Of a DNA stretch of 64,000 nucleotides, positions 12,780-25,805 are shown piece by piece. The stretch's first letter is position 1; every line of letters starts with the position of its first letter. Both the position numbers and the translations under genes were made by a program. The notes under the pieces were generated by a model. It was not told the origin of the DNA. It did not search any database and saw only the letters and a program-made list of their open reading frames with translations. The DNA comes from Podarcis gaigeae. Taxonomy: Eukaryota. The DNA lies in NCBI GenBank assembly GCA_964106915.2, contig OZ066914.1. One strand, 5' to 3'.

Positions 12780-13052
12780 GCAACAGCTTACTATGCAGCT
12801 GGTGCGATTTTCCAAAATGGCAACCTTTTTCTTCTCGACAGAAAATCGCACCTGCCATGTGGAGATGTGGAGTGTGGAACAGACTGCTTCAGGAGGTGGT
12901 GGGACTTTCTTGGCTGGAGATTATTTAAGCAGAGGCTGAATGGCCATCTGTCAGGGATGCGGTAGTTGCATCCTGCATTGTATATTCATCATCAAGCAGG
13001 GGGTTAGACAGCATAACCTCCCAACTCCCTTCCAACTCTGTGATTCTGTGAT
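12780..13052 (+). mobile_element. CR1 LINE 3' fragment
   Basis: ttaagcagaggctgaatggccatctgtcaggg...cccttccaactctgtgattctgtgat, a typical CR1 3' terminus. Confidence 0.75.
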
Positions 13053-13338
13053 GGGAGCTACTGCCCACAAATAGCTTATCATAGGGTAACAGCCACCAAT
13101 TTGGAATAATATGAACTGTTTTCTACATGGTGACGAAAACAGTAAAAAAGAAACGGAAATGAATAGTAATTCCAAACAAAGAGAAGGTGTTTTTGCTTGT
13201 GCTTGAGTGGACATCTAAAGGCTTAGGAGAGTTAAGGGGTTTTATTTTTAAAGCAGCACTGAAGGCATGCAAGTAGCAATGCTATGGAACTGCATTCCCT
13301 CTCCAACTAAACATTCTAGAATGTTATCATCTCCATAC

Positions 13339-13534
13339 CTTATAACCAAGAGCTTTGAGTTCACTGGCAGAGCAGGGGTACAGATCCATGAACTTGTATC
13401 TGTCTACTAGTAGAGCTGTTTCTTTGCCCTCATATTCCTCCTTGAAGGCTGTAAACCTCCGTTTCTCCACTTTAAGTATGCTAGCCAGGTCACCAATATT
13501 ACTTTCAAAAGCTAAAAATCGGGCCCATATCTCT
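13339..13534 (-). CDS. CSTF3: CSTF3 exon 17
   Basis: 196 nt, [14 protein letters not shown]...ELKALGYK. Confidence 0.97.
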
Positions 13535-14021
13535 CTGTGAAAGAAAAGACAGAAAGAGAACGAATGTTCAAAAGAAAACATGCTCAGCACACATGGCCTG
13601 CAGTAAGTGCAATCACTTGCAACAGTTACCAGCAACCAGCAGACCCAATCCACTGCAAGCCAGCTGCTTGCCCACTGACTAAGCAACCCCCTCGTCTGCT
13701 CTTTCCAGTGGCTTGCTACCCCGGATATCCAATTCTATGTTGGCAAGATGGAGAAGGGAATTGTGGGCAGCTGCCAGTCAACTATCATGTCTTTATTCTA
13801 CAACCAGAAGCCATAGCAGATACATCTGCTTTGTACCCAGAGGGCATCCTAGAAGGCAGCAATGGCCAGTCTGTGTACATCCAGGGCAGCAAACCAGCGG
13901 CTCATAAGCAGCATGCTGATAGTAGGTAGCGCCTGGACTCCCTCTCTCCTGCTCCCCAATCTTATCCCCACTCATGGACACAGAAACACACACAGATCTT
14001 TGATCTTTCCCCTCTTCCCTG

Positions 14022-14060
<39 letters not shown>

Positions 14061-14072
14061 ACAGACACACAC
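14022..14072. repeat. (CT)n/(CA)n microsatellite
   Basis: Direct reading of the sequence. Confidence 0.9.
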
Positions 14073-14939
14073 ACTATGCAAGGAGCCCACTGGTTCACTC
14101 CTAGGTAGTTTACAGTGCCAAACAGCTGGGAATTGATAAAGGGGCCTGCAGACCATCTGTATGCATTGTACATGCAGCCCTGGCAAGGAGTGCCAGGCAA
14201 AGGAACTGGTTCCCTGCTGGTGGTGTTGCTTGCTAGGTGCTTCAGGTTGAAAGCAAGAGGCAACCAGTTGGTGTGCATGCCCCCTCTGCACCAAGGGCAT
14301 AGGAGAGAGAGTCCTTATAGGCAGAATGCAGAAAGAAAAAAGCTGCATGCAAAAACCGCATGACACTGCACTGGAACTGGAAGTCGTGGTTGCTGGGGGA
14401 AAGTACTACCTGATACTGACAAACAAAAATGGTTAACAGCAGATAAATGTCTAGCTACCACTTACATAATTCCCAAATTCTACTTTTCCTGGAATAGGCT
14501 TCAGGCAGCACAGAGTTGGCTATGAGGCTGTGGAGGGCATTTGCCAAAGAGAGACGATCTCCGTGGGTAAACATGGAATGAAAGCAGGAGGGAGGTATAG
14601 ATCTGAGCCCGTGTGTATGCATGCACGCAAAAATGCCCCAAGTGCTCTGAGTCTATATTGTATATTGGCCAAATCTACTTTGCAACAACACTCCATATAG
14701 CAGTTATCTTCACAATGGAGATGAGAGCACATTCTGGCATCCAAGGAATGAACTCCATAGAAAATTCTTACAATCTCTGGCTTCTCTCTCTCAGCAGCTG
14801 GCTCCTTGTTTAAGACGAAAATGGCAGTACAGGCTGCAACAACCATCCCCTCATTAATCTGTGATAATATCTATGTTGTACAAGGGTTGTCACGTACAGC
14901 AAAGCAGACGACTTGGAATGGAGCTTTGGCGAAGCTTAC

Positions 14940-15009
14940 CCAGATTTCTCAGGTGGGAGGCTCCCTGAGGTTAATACTCGTTCAAACAGGACTCTTGTAT
15001 TATTATCCT
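14940..15009 (-). CDS. CSTF3: CSTF3 exon 16
   Basis: 70 nt, [24 protein letters not shown]. Confidence 0.97.
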
Positions 15010-16365
15010 CTATTTTAAAAAAAAGTATTAAAAAAGAAAGATGAAAACAAGCTTTAAATATATATATATTAAAAAAACTGGAAATTACGGGGGGGGGGGG
15101 GGAGACAATATCTTGACATAATTTCAATTCCTGTGAAAGATGAAAAACCCAATTTGCAACTCCAGTTTCATTATTGCTAAAGTAATCTCAGGGAGAAGAG
15201 ACACACGGAGAAAAGGCTTTAGAAAAGTCTCACTTCTACTCTGCAGAAGACACACCCACAAATTACAACTGCAGCTGAGAGGTAGGTATAAAAACAACAC
15301 ACTAAAATGAATTAAAACAACCAGAACCATAAAATAAGAATTAAATACTCTGTTTAAAAATTGGTGGCAGCAGCAGCAGCACACTTAAGTACTAAACAAG
15401 AAGCAGCTGCTTAGGACAATACTGGCCATGGTTTTTTTGTGCCCTTTGTGTTCTTCCAGGCTGCTGATTTTTCAATCTGAAGTCCTCACTCAAATTAACA
15501 GTCTATGGACTGGATGTGAGTTTCCTGCCTGCAAACAGCAAGACTCCATCCATACACAAAATATTCCCTGAAAGGTGGTGGCGATGATTTTCACCAGCTG
15601 CCCCTTTCTCTTTCGCCAATTGCCCCATACCTCCTGTGTTCCTCTGGAGGTTGCTACAAACCCCCAGAACAGATTTTCAGAGGGCTGCAGAGGGAAAAAG
15701 AAAATCCCTGCCCACCTTCCCAAAAAGCAAGTGGAACTCCTCACAGCACAAGTCTGAAGCTAACCCAGTTGAAGAACAGTCGTGAGATTTGACCGTTCTC
15801 AGGTGTTGGCTTTTAATTTCATCCCCCAGCGCTCCAGAGAATTTTGATATTGTGGAGGACTTCAGGAAAGAGGAGAGCAAGGGGAGTAGAAATCCACTTG
15901 TGCAATGTTGGGTGTCTCCCAGTATCATCCTGATTTTACTGATGGAGAGAAGAGCTGGGGAAATAGCAGCCTGCCTACAATTACTACTGAGTGGGGAGAA
16001 ATTTGAATTGAAGGTTCTCAGCTCACATTCTTAGCCACAATTCTATACAAATTATCTACATATAAGCTATGCATTACGATGCATCAACATCCATCTACAT
16101 ACTCTTGAAGTTTCCCCCAACACATTATTGGCTAAAGACCTGACAAAGCAAGCAGTATGCAAAACAATGAGCAGCGAAGTCCCATCTGCTCACTGATGAT
16201 ATAATGTGGAGGGATGCCACCAATATCAGTGGTAACTGAATTCTGAATTTTCACAGGTCCATGCCAAACAAACTGCTCAATTTCAGGTAAAGAAGATTTT
16301 TGTCTTGAAAAAAGTTATAATCCCAGAGTCCAATGTAATGAATTATCCCAGCTCCCAGAACTTAC

Positions 16366-16468
16366 CATTGAGATGAGAAAGATAATCAATATATGCCAAG
16401 ACGTATTCTGGAATGTCTCCATATTTCTTTAGCCCCAACTCAAAAATCTTAAAGGCCACTGACTTGTC
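16366..16468 (-). CDS. CSTF3: CSTF3 exon 15
   Basis: 103 nt, [34 protein letters not shown]. Confidence 0.97.
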
Positions 16469-16553
16469 CTGCAGATTTCAAAATGTTATTAGTTGTAGAC
16501 AGAAGAATCCAGAGGCTGAAGCAAAAGTTTCATTCACTGTGTTGCAATAATAC

Positions 16554-16697
16554 CTTGCTGCAATAATACTCCATCAGAGCAGCTGTAACATAGACATGAT
16601 GACGGGTCCGGGCATCTTCTCGTGCCTTCTTAAATATCATCCTGCCTGATTTTATGCCCTCTGCTCGCCTTGCAAACTTCATATACTGAATATATAC
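16554..16697 (-). CDS. CSTF3: CSTF3 exon 14
   Basis: 144 nt, [14 protein letters not shown]...ALMEYYCSK. Confidence 0.97.
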
Positions 16698-17309
16698 CTG
16701 AAACATATAGGTGGAAAAGGTAGGATCACCTTTAAGCTATGACTCTGTTTTTAGAAGTCAACACCATATTAAAGACATGGCTTCTAGACCTTGGTTGTGA
16801 CTCTTGATTTGTTTCAAATGAGACAAAACATGAGCCCAGGTCTGAATACCATCCTAAGCCAAACCATGGTTAGTTCTAAGTAGGGTCACAGCAGCAGAAC
16901 CGGCAGAGGTGCAAAGAGGCCACACTTTCCCCCCCTCTAAGCAACAGAATGCTTGCTCATTCCTAAGTTTGGCTTGCTGTTATTTGTGAGCAAGGCTATT
17001 CTTATTGTCAACAACAGTTCTGCTCATAATTATTTATAATTAAGTGGAAGGTTAGAAACAGATTACAACATGAAATCTTTCAAATTTTACTGAGTCACAA
17101 ATTATACACCTCAGACATGGCAAAACAGCTGAATAATGTACAAAAAAAAAATGGAAGAAAAAAGTGAATTGATAACAAAATTTGAAAATGTGACTGACAT
17201 TATCTATACATTTTCAACTGGAATACTTTAGGAACTGACCAAAGAGAAATATACAACTTTTTATCCTATAGTCATCTCAACAAGGTGAAACAATGAAGAC
17301 TAAACATAC

Positions 17310-17384
17310 CAAAGTGGGATCAATATCTTCAATAGCTAAGAGCCGATTATATATGCTGTGCACCTTCTCATATTTCATCCGACT
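17310..17384 (-). CDS. CSTF3: CSTF3 exon 13
   Basis: 75 nt, [25 protein letters not shown]. Confidence 0.97.
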
Positions 17385-17557
17385 CTGAGAAAATACAAAA
17401 AAGGTCATGTTTAGTTTAACTAGTTTATGCTCAAAATTATTACCAGCCCTGCTTATTTGAATTTGCCAAGATTAAGTTCTCCAATCAAGATTATGCACAA
17501 GAAATAAAAAGCTGGTTGAACTGGAGATTGAAAGAATAATGTCACCTAAGGACTCAC

Positions 17558-17674
17558 CTCTTCATAATCTGCATATGCAAAATAAAGAAGCATGTTCTTT
17601 TTTAGTAAAGTGCTGATTGCTCGTTCATAAATATTTGCAGCTTCATCACTAAACAGTTTAGCATTGTTCATGTC
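17558..17674 (-). CDS. CSTF3: CSTF3 exon 12
   Basis: 117 nt, [12 protein letters not shown]...FAYADYEE. Confidence 0.97.
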
Positions 17675-18260
17675 CTGGAATCGAGAAAATATGAGAAAAT
17701 CAACTAACTGTAGGACTAGTATGAAAAACAAAAAGAGTTTTCAGTCCTGTGCTCATTAACAGCTCTACAGGAATACTGTAAACCCAAGTGGGTTACCTTG
17801 TAGCAAGAACTCAGCAGCTACAATAATGGATCTTATTAGAAACATGTGACTTCACGTCACATGCTAATTGTAAAAATTGAATATAGTTTAGCAACATGGT
17901 AAATTCAGAATACTTAATTATTTTTATGGGCTTGGTATTTTTATTTTCTATTTTAAAGATCTCCCACAATTTAAAAATGGGATGATATATTTTTGCATAT
18001 GATCCCATACAACTTTGATAGAATTAACCACTTCATTGTCAAATAACAAGGTCCCACAAAACAAACAAATGAAAAGATAGGCTGGGTCCAGATTAAATTA
18101 GCTGAATTTAGTTGTCACTGAAATCATGACTTGCCTTAATCATGTCTAACTTCACACTGATCTCAATGGACCCAAGTTCAACTTATTTAGTTTAGTACCA
18201 ACTATAGATATGTTTAAATGCTGTACATAAAATGCAGTATTTCTTACTGTCTTCTCTTAC

Positions 18261-18370
18261 CCCTTTCTCAGCTAGTAGTTTGCTGGATTGCTCGAGATAT
18301 TGTGCAGCTTCATACCAAATATCTGGATGATGTCCCAGCACCAACAGGCATTGTTCATATGCAAACATCA
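18261..18370 (-). CDS. CSTF3: CSTF3 exon 11
   Basis: 110 nt, [17 protein letters not shown]...LLAEKG. Confidence 0.97.
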
Positions 18371-18826
18371 CTATGGGAAGACATTGAAACAAGATAGATT
18401 CCTAGTGGGTGGAACCTTACAAGCTGAATCACTACCAATGATTCACAAATGTAACTAAAAATGCAGGTCTCTTAAAGAGCCAGCCACATGATCTCAAGAG
18501 CCGCCCTCTCCAATTCTATGCCCTATCAACATCTTTAGAGATTTCCAGACTTTTAATTCCTGACCCCTCTCCAGCTAATAAAATGCTGACTTTGAAACTG
18601 TTGGTGGTCAAAAAACGCTGAGCTCTGTCCTCACAGGAAAGTCTCATTATACATGCCCTTGAATGGCAAAAGGACCAACGTGATGTTTTTGCACCCTAAG
18701 CCATGGGAGCTTATGACTACTGTTTCAAGAGGCACCAACAGGTTCCTTTTGGAAATTATCTACCTATGGAGTGCTAGGAATATCTAAGTAGAAACTTTTC
18801 TTTCTGGAGAAAAGCAAAGTTCAACG

Positions 18827-19192
18827 AGGTAAAGGTAAAGGGACCCCTGACCATTAGGTCTAGTCACGGACAACACTGGGGTTGCGGTGCTCATCTCGCT
18901 TTATTGGCCGAGGGAAGCCAGCGTTTGTCCGCAGGCAGTTTTTCCAGGTCATGTGGCCAGCATGACTAAGCTGCTTCTGGTGAACCAGAGCAGCGCATGG
19001 AAACGTCATTTACCTTCCCGCCAGAGTGGTACCTATTTATCTACTTGCACTTTGACATGCTTTCGAACTGCTAGGTGGGCAGGAGCAGGGACCGAGCAAC
19101 GGGAGCTCACCCCTTCGCGGGGATTCGAACCGCCGACCTTGATTGGCAAGCCCTAGGCTCTGTGGTTTAACCCACAGCACCACTTGCACCCC
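18827..19192 (-). mobile_element. Sauria SINE
   Basis: (ACCTTT)n tail, tRNA-derived head with B-box GGTTCGAATCC, conserved core cctatttatctacttgcac. Confidence 0.9.
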
Positions 19193-19349
19193 ATATGCCC
19201 ATGGCAATAAATGGGATTTAAGTACACAGTCCAGGCAGCTAAGTTTGTATAGTTTGTAAGAGTGCTGCACCCCAAAGTAACATCAGCACGACTTAATTAC
19301 TATGGTTATCTTTGCACTATTTCTAAGGAGAACAAAAATGTACAGTCAC

Positions 19350-19512
19350 CTCTCTTTGTTATAAGGGTTTGGTCTTCAGTACGTAAAGGGTTGCTCTTTT
19401 CCCACTGAATATATTTCTTCCACATGTCTACCTGCTGAGCTTCTTGGGGAGTATTTTGGGGTGGGACCGAAGGAGCATTGCGGTCCAGACCTTTCATCAC
19501 AGTTTCATATTC
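19350..19512 (-). CDS. CSTF3: CSTF3 exon 10
   Basis: 163 nt, [19 protein letters not shown]...TLITKR. Confidence 0.97.
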
Positions 19513-19691
19513 CTGAAGAGATAGGAAGAAACAGAGAAGAGGTTTCGTTAAGGTGGGCTTTGAAACAAAACTTTATATTAAAGTTACTCCTTTTTTCAAC
19601 TCCACTTAGTAATTTGCTGCAGCTCAAGCATGCAACAAATATTCATGCTGTATTAAATCAAGACAAAAGAGGAACAACCGGGAGCCTGTAC

Positions 19692-19769
19692 CTTAGCCAC
19701 ACGTCTAGCGTTCATATAATCTCTACTGCGATCTTCAATCATTTTCTTAGCTAAGTGGATGTTTATTCC
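19692..19769 (-). CDS. CSTF3: CSTF3 exon 9
   Basis: 78 nt, [26 protein letters not shown]. Confidence 0.97.
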
Positions 19770-20294
19770 CTGGAAGACAGAAAACAAGAAGTGAAGCCCT
19801 GCTCAGGACCACTGTGGGCTTGCAGTCCCATGCATGCTTCCTCATTTGTAAGCATCATGGAACTCACTGAGACTTAGATAGCATTAATCAACATAGAATT
19901 GCACTGGAAAGCTGTCACTTTGTACTTATCCCCATGTAAGTGGTGAAATAAAAGCTGTGCTGCTGTTGGGGTGTCTGGATACACAGCACCCCTGTGTGAG
20001 AAAGGGAGGACTCCCAGGAACATCGAAGGGGGAACTAGCTGCCTGCTGCTGCCTGCTTCCCAGTGGGACTCCTGAGCTTTCTTGCCTCAGGAAGCCCTGA
20101 CTTGGCAGCTCCCAGCAACACCTGAAACTCCCAGCTGGGCATTTAGCTGGGCTGGTGGAATAAAAGCTGGGCTCCCTTTGGGAAGAGCCATTTCAGTGGG
20201 AGAGCAAAGACAAGGGATGCCCCCTTAACACTGTCTACTGTGCGGTCGGCCTTACTCTGATTGTTTTTATTCTAAGTCTTTGGGCTTTTTTATT

Positions 20295-20790
20295 TATAGC
20301 ACCAATCCTGGCCTGACCACACTAGCTGCCAATTGGTTTCCGGGCCCAATTCAAAGTGCTTGTTTTGACCTATAAAGCCTTAAATCAGGCTTCCTCAAAC
20401 TCGGCCCTCCATATGTTTTTTGGCCTACAACTCCCATGATCCCTAGCTAGCAGGACCAGTGGTCAGGGATGATGGGAATTGTAGTCTCAAAACATCTGGA
20501 GGGTCAAGTTTAAGGAAGCCTGTCTTAAATGGCTCAAGACCAGAATACCTCAAGGACTGCCTCTGCCCATATGAACTGACCCAGTCCTTGCAATCATCAC
20601 CTGAGGCCCTTCTTTGTGTGCTTCCTCCACAAGAGGTCTGGAGGATGGAACTTGAGAGCAGGCTTTTTGTGCAGTGGCTCCCTGTTTTTGGGATGCTGTC
20701 CCCACGAAGGCTTGCCTGGCACCTTCATTACGTATCTTTAGGCACGTGCCGGAAACATTCTTCTTCTCCCAGGCCTTTGGCTGATTAAGC
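20295..20790 (+). mobile_element. L2-like LINE 3' fragment interrupted by a hAT MITE (20386-20522)
   Basis: H*LPIGFRAQFKVLVLTYKALNG..PEYLKD RT C-terminal motif. The MITE has CAGGCTTCCT TIRs and a (c/t)cttaaat TSD. Confidence 0.8.
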
Positions 20791-21493
20791 AATCTATGAG
20801 CTTTTCAACAATGTGTGTGGAGGGGTTATTGTTATTATGTTATATACAATTTTATTCTGCTAGAGAAAATGGGAAAACACTTGTCATTTGGATTAGGGTC
20901 CGGCTCAAAGAGGGTAAAGTTGCTGTTTCAGTAGGAGACAATCCTATGTTCTGCAGCCCAGTAGTATTAAGCATATACAATCATAGAATTTTATAGTTGG
21001 AAGAGATGCCAAGGATCATCTAGTCCAACCCCCCGCAATGCAGGAAACCCAATTAAAGTATCCATGAAATGATAGGCACAGATCTCCCAAGTCAGTGAAC
21101 TGGAGCTCCTCGTTCTCTTGTTCCTGGCACTGGGAGATGGTCCTTCCCACTGTACAAAGAACACCATCAGATGAAGAATCTAAAGATGGCTGGAGGACCC
21201 AGGATCTTTAAGGCAATGGGAGTAGCCTCATCCACCTAGAATTGGGGCAAAAGTGTACAGGCAAACAAACAAACAAACAAGTCCCAGCAATTTTGAGAGG
21301 CAGGTTTGTGCTGCTTACAGAAAAAGACTTTATTGTCCTGCTCCTTCTGTCCACCCTTCACAATGTTTTTCAGAGCTCTACACTTGAAATACTCAGAAAG
21401 GGGCTTGCAGAGAGCCTATTCAAGTAACCTCACTGCTGCAGGTCAAGGAAAATAGCTAAATCTTGTTTGAACATCAGGCATCTTTTTATTTAC

Positions 21494-21620
21494 CTCTTCA
21501 TATTTGTTATAATCTCGCCAGAGTTGCTCGATGTTGATCATTGGGTTCACACAGCCCCGTTGATATACCCTGCGCACAGCAGTTATCCTCTGGTTTTCTG
21601 CATAGGATCCTACTGCTTCA
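21494..21620 (-). CDS. CSTF3: CSTF3 exon 8
   Basis: 127 nt, [17 protein letters not shown]...DYNKYEE. Confidence 0.97.
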
Positions 21621-21725
21621 CTAAATTGTGAGGCAAGACAGTAACATACCAGCAATTACATACTGCAACCTGTACGAATATTAACACTGCATTAATTAAG
21701 AGAGAAGGCAGATTTTTGTACTTAC

Positions 21726-21760
21726 ACGCCTTTCAAAAAATTGATGTAATCCACCCAGAT
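21726..21760 (-). CDS. CSTF3: CSTF3 exon 7
   Basis: 35 nt, IWVDYINFLKGV. Confidence 0.96.
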
Positions 21761-21843
21761 CTAATGTAAAAATATATAGAATCAGAGCAGTGAACATTTA
21801 ACCAAACACCACAAATAAATATTTAATGTGAAAAGAAACATAC

Positions 21844-21910
21844 CTGGTACGACATTATTTCCATGCCAATTTTATCCAGAGCAAAGTCATATGCCTGAGC
21901 CATTTTTTCT
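21844..21910 (-). CDS. CSTF3: CSTF3 exon 6
   Basis: 67 nt, [22 protein letters not shown]. Confidence 0.97.
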
Positions 21911-22099
21911 CTGGAGGAAAAAACATACACTATTAGAGCCACATGGTAACATTACTATTAAAATTACAGTTTTAAACTACAATCTTAATAAGCAGTGCCC
22001 AGCCTAGTGATAACAGAACAAATTATGCAAGGAGGGAGCTGCAGTCTAAGATAAAAAAGAGGTGGTAAGGGAGCATCTAGCTATTTTAGAATTCAAATC

Positions 22100-22410
22100 T
22101 CCAGGGGTGAGAGAAGACCAAGGTAACTACTGGCTGGTCAGCTTGATGTTGATAGCAGAAAAGGTCCTAGAACAGATAATGGTTGGTCTGTGAGGAGTTA
22201 GAAAAGGATACCAGATGAATCTCATTTCACTTGGTAGATCAGGGGAATACTGTGGACGTAGTGTATCTTGATTTCAGTAAGGTTTTTAACAGTCCCCCAT
22301 GATATTCTTGTGGAGAAGCTAGTAAAATGTGGGCTGGATGAGGTAAGTGTTAGGTGGACTTGTAGCTGGTTGACTTAACCAAAGCTCACTAATGGTTCCT
22401 CATCATCCTT
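22100..22410 (+). mobile_element. CR1 LINE RT fragment
   Basis: VDVVYLDFSK and PHDILVEKLVKCGLD motifs. Confidence 0.8.
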
Positions 22411-23468
22411 TTAATATTTTGAAAGAAATGCAATACATGCCTGCTTATATGAGGGGATACTATCCTGTAAATGTTGCTCTTATTGTTCTTTCTCTGGGTT
22501 CACACAGTTGACACAGGATCCTAAATAACTGGTTTTGCTTTTAGTTGTACAACCCTTATTGTTGTTAAGCTTACATGGGATGTGATTGGAAAAAATACTT
22601 AAAGGAGTAAATAAAAATGGCACCAGGCATGGTTTGTTGTGGCACTGTGCTGCTCTGACTATAGAATCCTCTCCCTGAAAGTGCAGATGGTAAGAACTTA
22701 GTTATGTTTCTAGTGCCAAGTGAAAGCATACTTGTACTTCCTGGCTTTGGGAGGAAATTAGCAGAGATTACGCAAAGTCTCAGGTTTATCCTGCTCTGAC
22801 AATTGGCCTCTTAGTGATTGCATTTTATTGCTGTTTTAGGTTTATAATGTAATTTTATATTATTTGAGAACTTGCCCTGTAATTGCTGTGTGTGATGAAG
22901 AGCAGTCTAGAAATTTCGTAACAAAATCAAATAAACAAAACTTGTCAGTGGGAGGGGAATCAGAAACAGCTGTGACGATTACGCCTTCTTTGGATTACTA
23001 GATCAGTGGAAAAAAGCAACAGATCCTTCTGATATCTTGTGTAAGGCTGCTTCGGAAGTGCCACTTTGTCAGCAATGAAATTTAATAATCAACTGGAAGG
23101 AATCAAGAGGCATGTATACAACAACAAAGAACACCATGTAGGAGTTAGTGCTGACCCATGTTTATGGCACAATCCATCTAGGACAACATTCTATCTTGGG
23201 TGTCCCCACGTGACCCCCACTGGAGCCAACCCTTTTAAATGTCTTGCTGAACCTTTCAGGCATCAGTTCCTGCCTTTACCAACTCCTGTCTTGGTGGAGG
23301 CTGCTTCACCTTGCTACATTGGCAGGTCTACATTGGCAGTATTTGTCTAATTATTACTTTAAATGAGAAGCTAACTTGGGAGGCTGTGATCCTGCTTCAG
23401 CATCCTTAACTGAAAAAGGAATTAGATTGCAATAAAAAAAGAAGCTAACACAAACAGCATTTACTTAC

Positions 23469-23566
23469 TTATAACTAGGTAGCTTCCCTTTGGTTTCTCG
23501 CACATACGAAAGGTAGCACTTCCATAAGTCAATGTGTAAAACTTTCATAAGGCACCTCTGAAACAG
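23469..23566 (-). CDS. CSTF3: CSTF3 exon 5
   Basis: 98 nt, [32 protein letters not shown](K). Confidence 0.97.
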
Positions 23567-24589
23567 CTAGTCACATTGAAGAAAAACAACAACAGGAATC
23601 CATGAATAGACATCAGGAGGCACTTTGGAGCTTGAACAAACAAACTAAGGTTCAGTCTGCATTCCTTTTAAAACAGACAGGCACAGTCTCAGGAATAACA
23701 GCCAAGTCTTAATGTAAAGGTAAGGATGCTGTCAGAACTGTGAAATGCACCCATCTAGTACGAGAACCTTGCAATTCATGCATCCTCTGTTTGGCATAGT
23801 GGTGTACCTCTGTTTTGACATTGCCATTTTACACATATTGAAGCACAGATAAATTCAGATAAACCTCTGAATTACTGTGTGTAGGAGCAGTAAATAAACT
23901 TTGGATCACAGCTGAAAGGACTAAGTGAGACTGGGAAATATGAGCATAACAGCAGATGAGCATACAAGGAGGAATGACTTTACTAAGTGGTTCATCCATT
24001 TATCTGAGTGGTTTAAAACCTGTTCTGGAGAGAGTTGCACTCCCCCTAAAGCAGGGATTGAGGCAGGTAAAACTGCTGCTGCAAAGGAATGATCAGGAGC
24101 CTTAAAAGTGTGCTCCCAATTGTTCTTTGGTAAGTGGTGCTTTAAAAATTTCATAGTAAATGGATCAACTGGGATTGGTTTCACTTGTGAGCTCCAGAAC
24201 AGAGCTCCTGACTCTGAGTGCAGACAAAGCCTGTGGTAGAAACTTTTGTAACCCCATCTTGAACTCAAACCAGGATTGGAAAGAAAGAATAATCCTTTTC
24301 AGCTCCATCTTAAGCAAAGGTCAGGCTGCAAAGGAAGAAGGGAAGAATCAAGAGCACACTTCTGAGTCAGCTTTGAATCTTCCTTTGAAATCTGAATCAT
24401 CCAATGTCATATATAATATCAGGTGATTGACAAGTAGGCATTCCTCCTACCTATAAGAAGTGGCCCATGGAGGGCAGACCAAAGCCAGATTCCGAGGCTT
24501 GTAGTTTGGGCTGCTCCTAGATCTATCATGTCACTGAACGCAGAGGTGGCCTCAGTGGCACAGAGTGCCTTTTATCAGCTGAAGGTGAC

Positions 24590-25005
24590 ATATCAACTGC
24601 AATCTTACCTAGACAGACAGCTGTGCTTTGGTAATCTCCCATTTGGATTACTGCAATATGTGAGGCTGCCTTGAAAAATTCTGCGGGTCCAATATAGGGC
24701 AGCAAGATCACAAACTGGGACTAGTGATTCTGATCATACTATGCCGGTACTTTGCCATCTACACTAGCTTCCAGTCCATTTCCAGGCTCAATTCGTAACA
24801 CTGCTGTAAAATTTTGAGGTCCTAAGTGGTTTGGGGCCTGGTTACCCAAGGGATTCCCTCCACCCATTCTTATCCTATAATCTTCTTCAGAGACCTTTCC
24901 CAGGATGCCCCTTGCCAAGTGAGTGAAGCAGCCTCATGTGATATAGTGAATGAAATGGCCTTTTCAAAGGTGGCACCCCCACTGTGGAATGTCCCTTCCC
25001 TTCAT
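24590..25005 (+). mobile_element. L2-like LINE 3' fragment
   Basis: Degenerate LDYCN...LH*LP..FQAQF and AFS.VAPPLWN motifs. Confidence 0.65.
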
Positions 25006-25166
25006 GAGGGCAAAAATACAGACTCAATTCATACTTAATGGTAGTTCCCTTATGAGTGCCACGAGAATGTGAGCTTGCAGATTGGCATCACTCACACAGA
25101 GGCGGTGTCTGGCATCTCTATGTGGGAAATGTTTGTGTAGTTGCTACAATTTGCATGAGTGTAGTA

Positions 25167-25302
25167 CAGGCACCCCCAACCTTCGGCCCTCCAGATGTTT
25201 TGGATTACAATTCCCATAATCCCTGACCACTGGTCCTGTTAGCTAGGGATCATGGGAGTTGTAGGCCAAAACATCTGGAGGGCTGCAGATTGGGGGTGCC
25301 TG
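25167..25302. mobile_element. hAT-type palindromic MITE
   Basis: CAGGCACCCCCAA TIRs, perfect 8-bp TSD GTGTAGTA; same internal sequence as 20386-20522. Confidence 0.9.
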
Positions 25303-25772
25303 GTGTAGTATCTTGAAAAGGACTTGCCAGATTGCATCAATCGTGGTGGCTACATAGACAGTATCCATATGGAGGGCAGTGGTTCTCATATGTGGTTCTC
25401 ACAAATGGCACCTGCATGTAAGTACTTTTGAAGTCACAAGGCTAGGGGCAGCCTAACCTCTTTTTGAGGTACTCACATGGGAGTCACCACTAGGCCATGA
25501 CCCCAAAACCTTCTTGTGGAAAATGGGTCTTCAAGCAGATGTTAGAAATGGGAAGGGGTGTCTGTCTCTTCCCCTTTCCAAGTTTCTTGCCTTTTGCCAC
25601 AAAGTGGCAGACACTTTATACTCAATTTCCAAGGCAAATGCTAGCACAAATTAGCTGTTTGCAAGCTTAAGACTGACTTCTCCACATCACTTAACAAAGG
25701 AGAATAGATGATCCATGTATTTATTCTTCCTTCCAAATCTATTTAAAATATAGGGCATACTTATACACTCAC

Positions 25773-25805
25773 CTTTTCTACTTTGTCATAGTTTTTTGCT
25801 TTTAT
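25773..25805 (-). CDS. CSTF3: CSTF3 exon 4
   Basis: 33 nt, IKAKNYDKVEK; ttttacag| acceptor and |gtgagt donor. Confidence 0.96.

Noticed and set aside
13537-14366. Several 130-160-aa ORFs in intron 16
   Set aside because: They overlap a CT microsatellite and probable decayed repeat sequence; no protein family signal.
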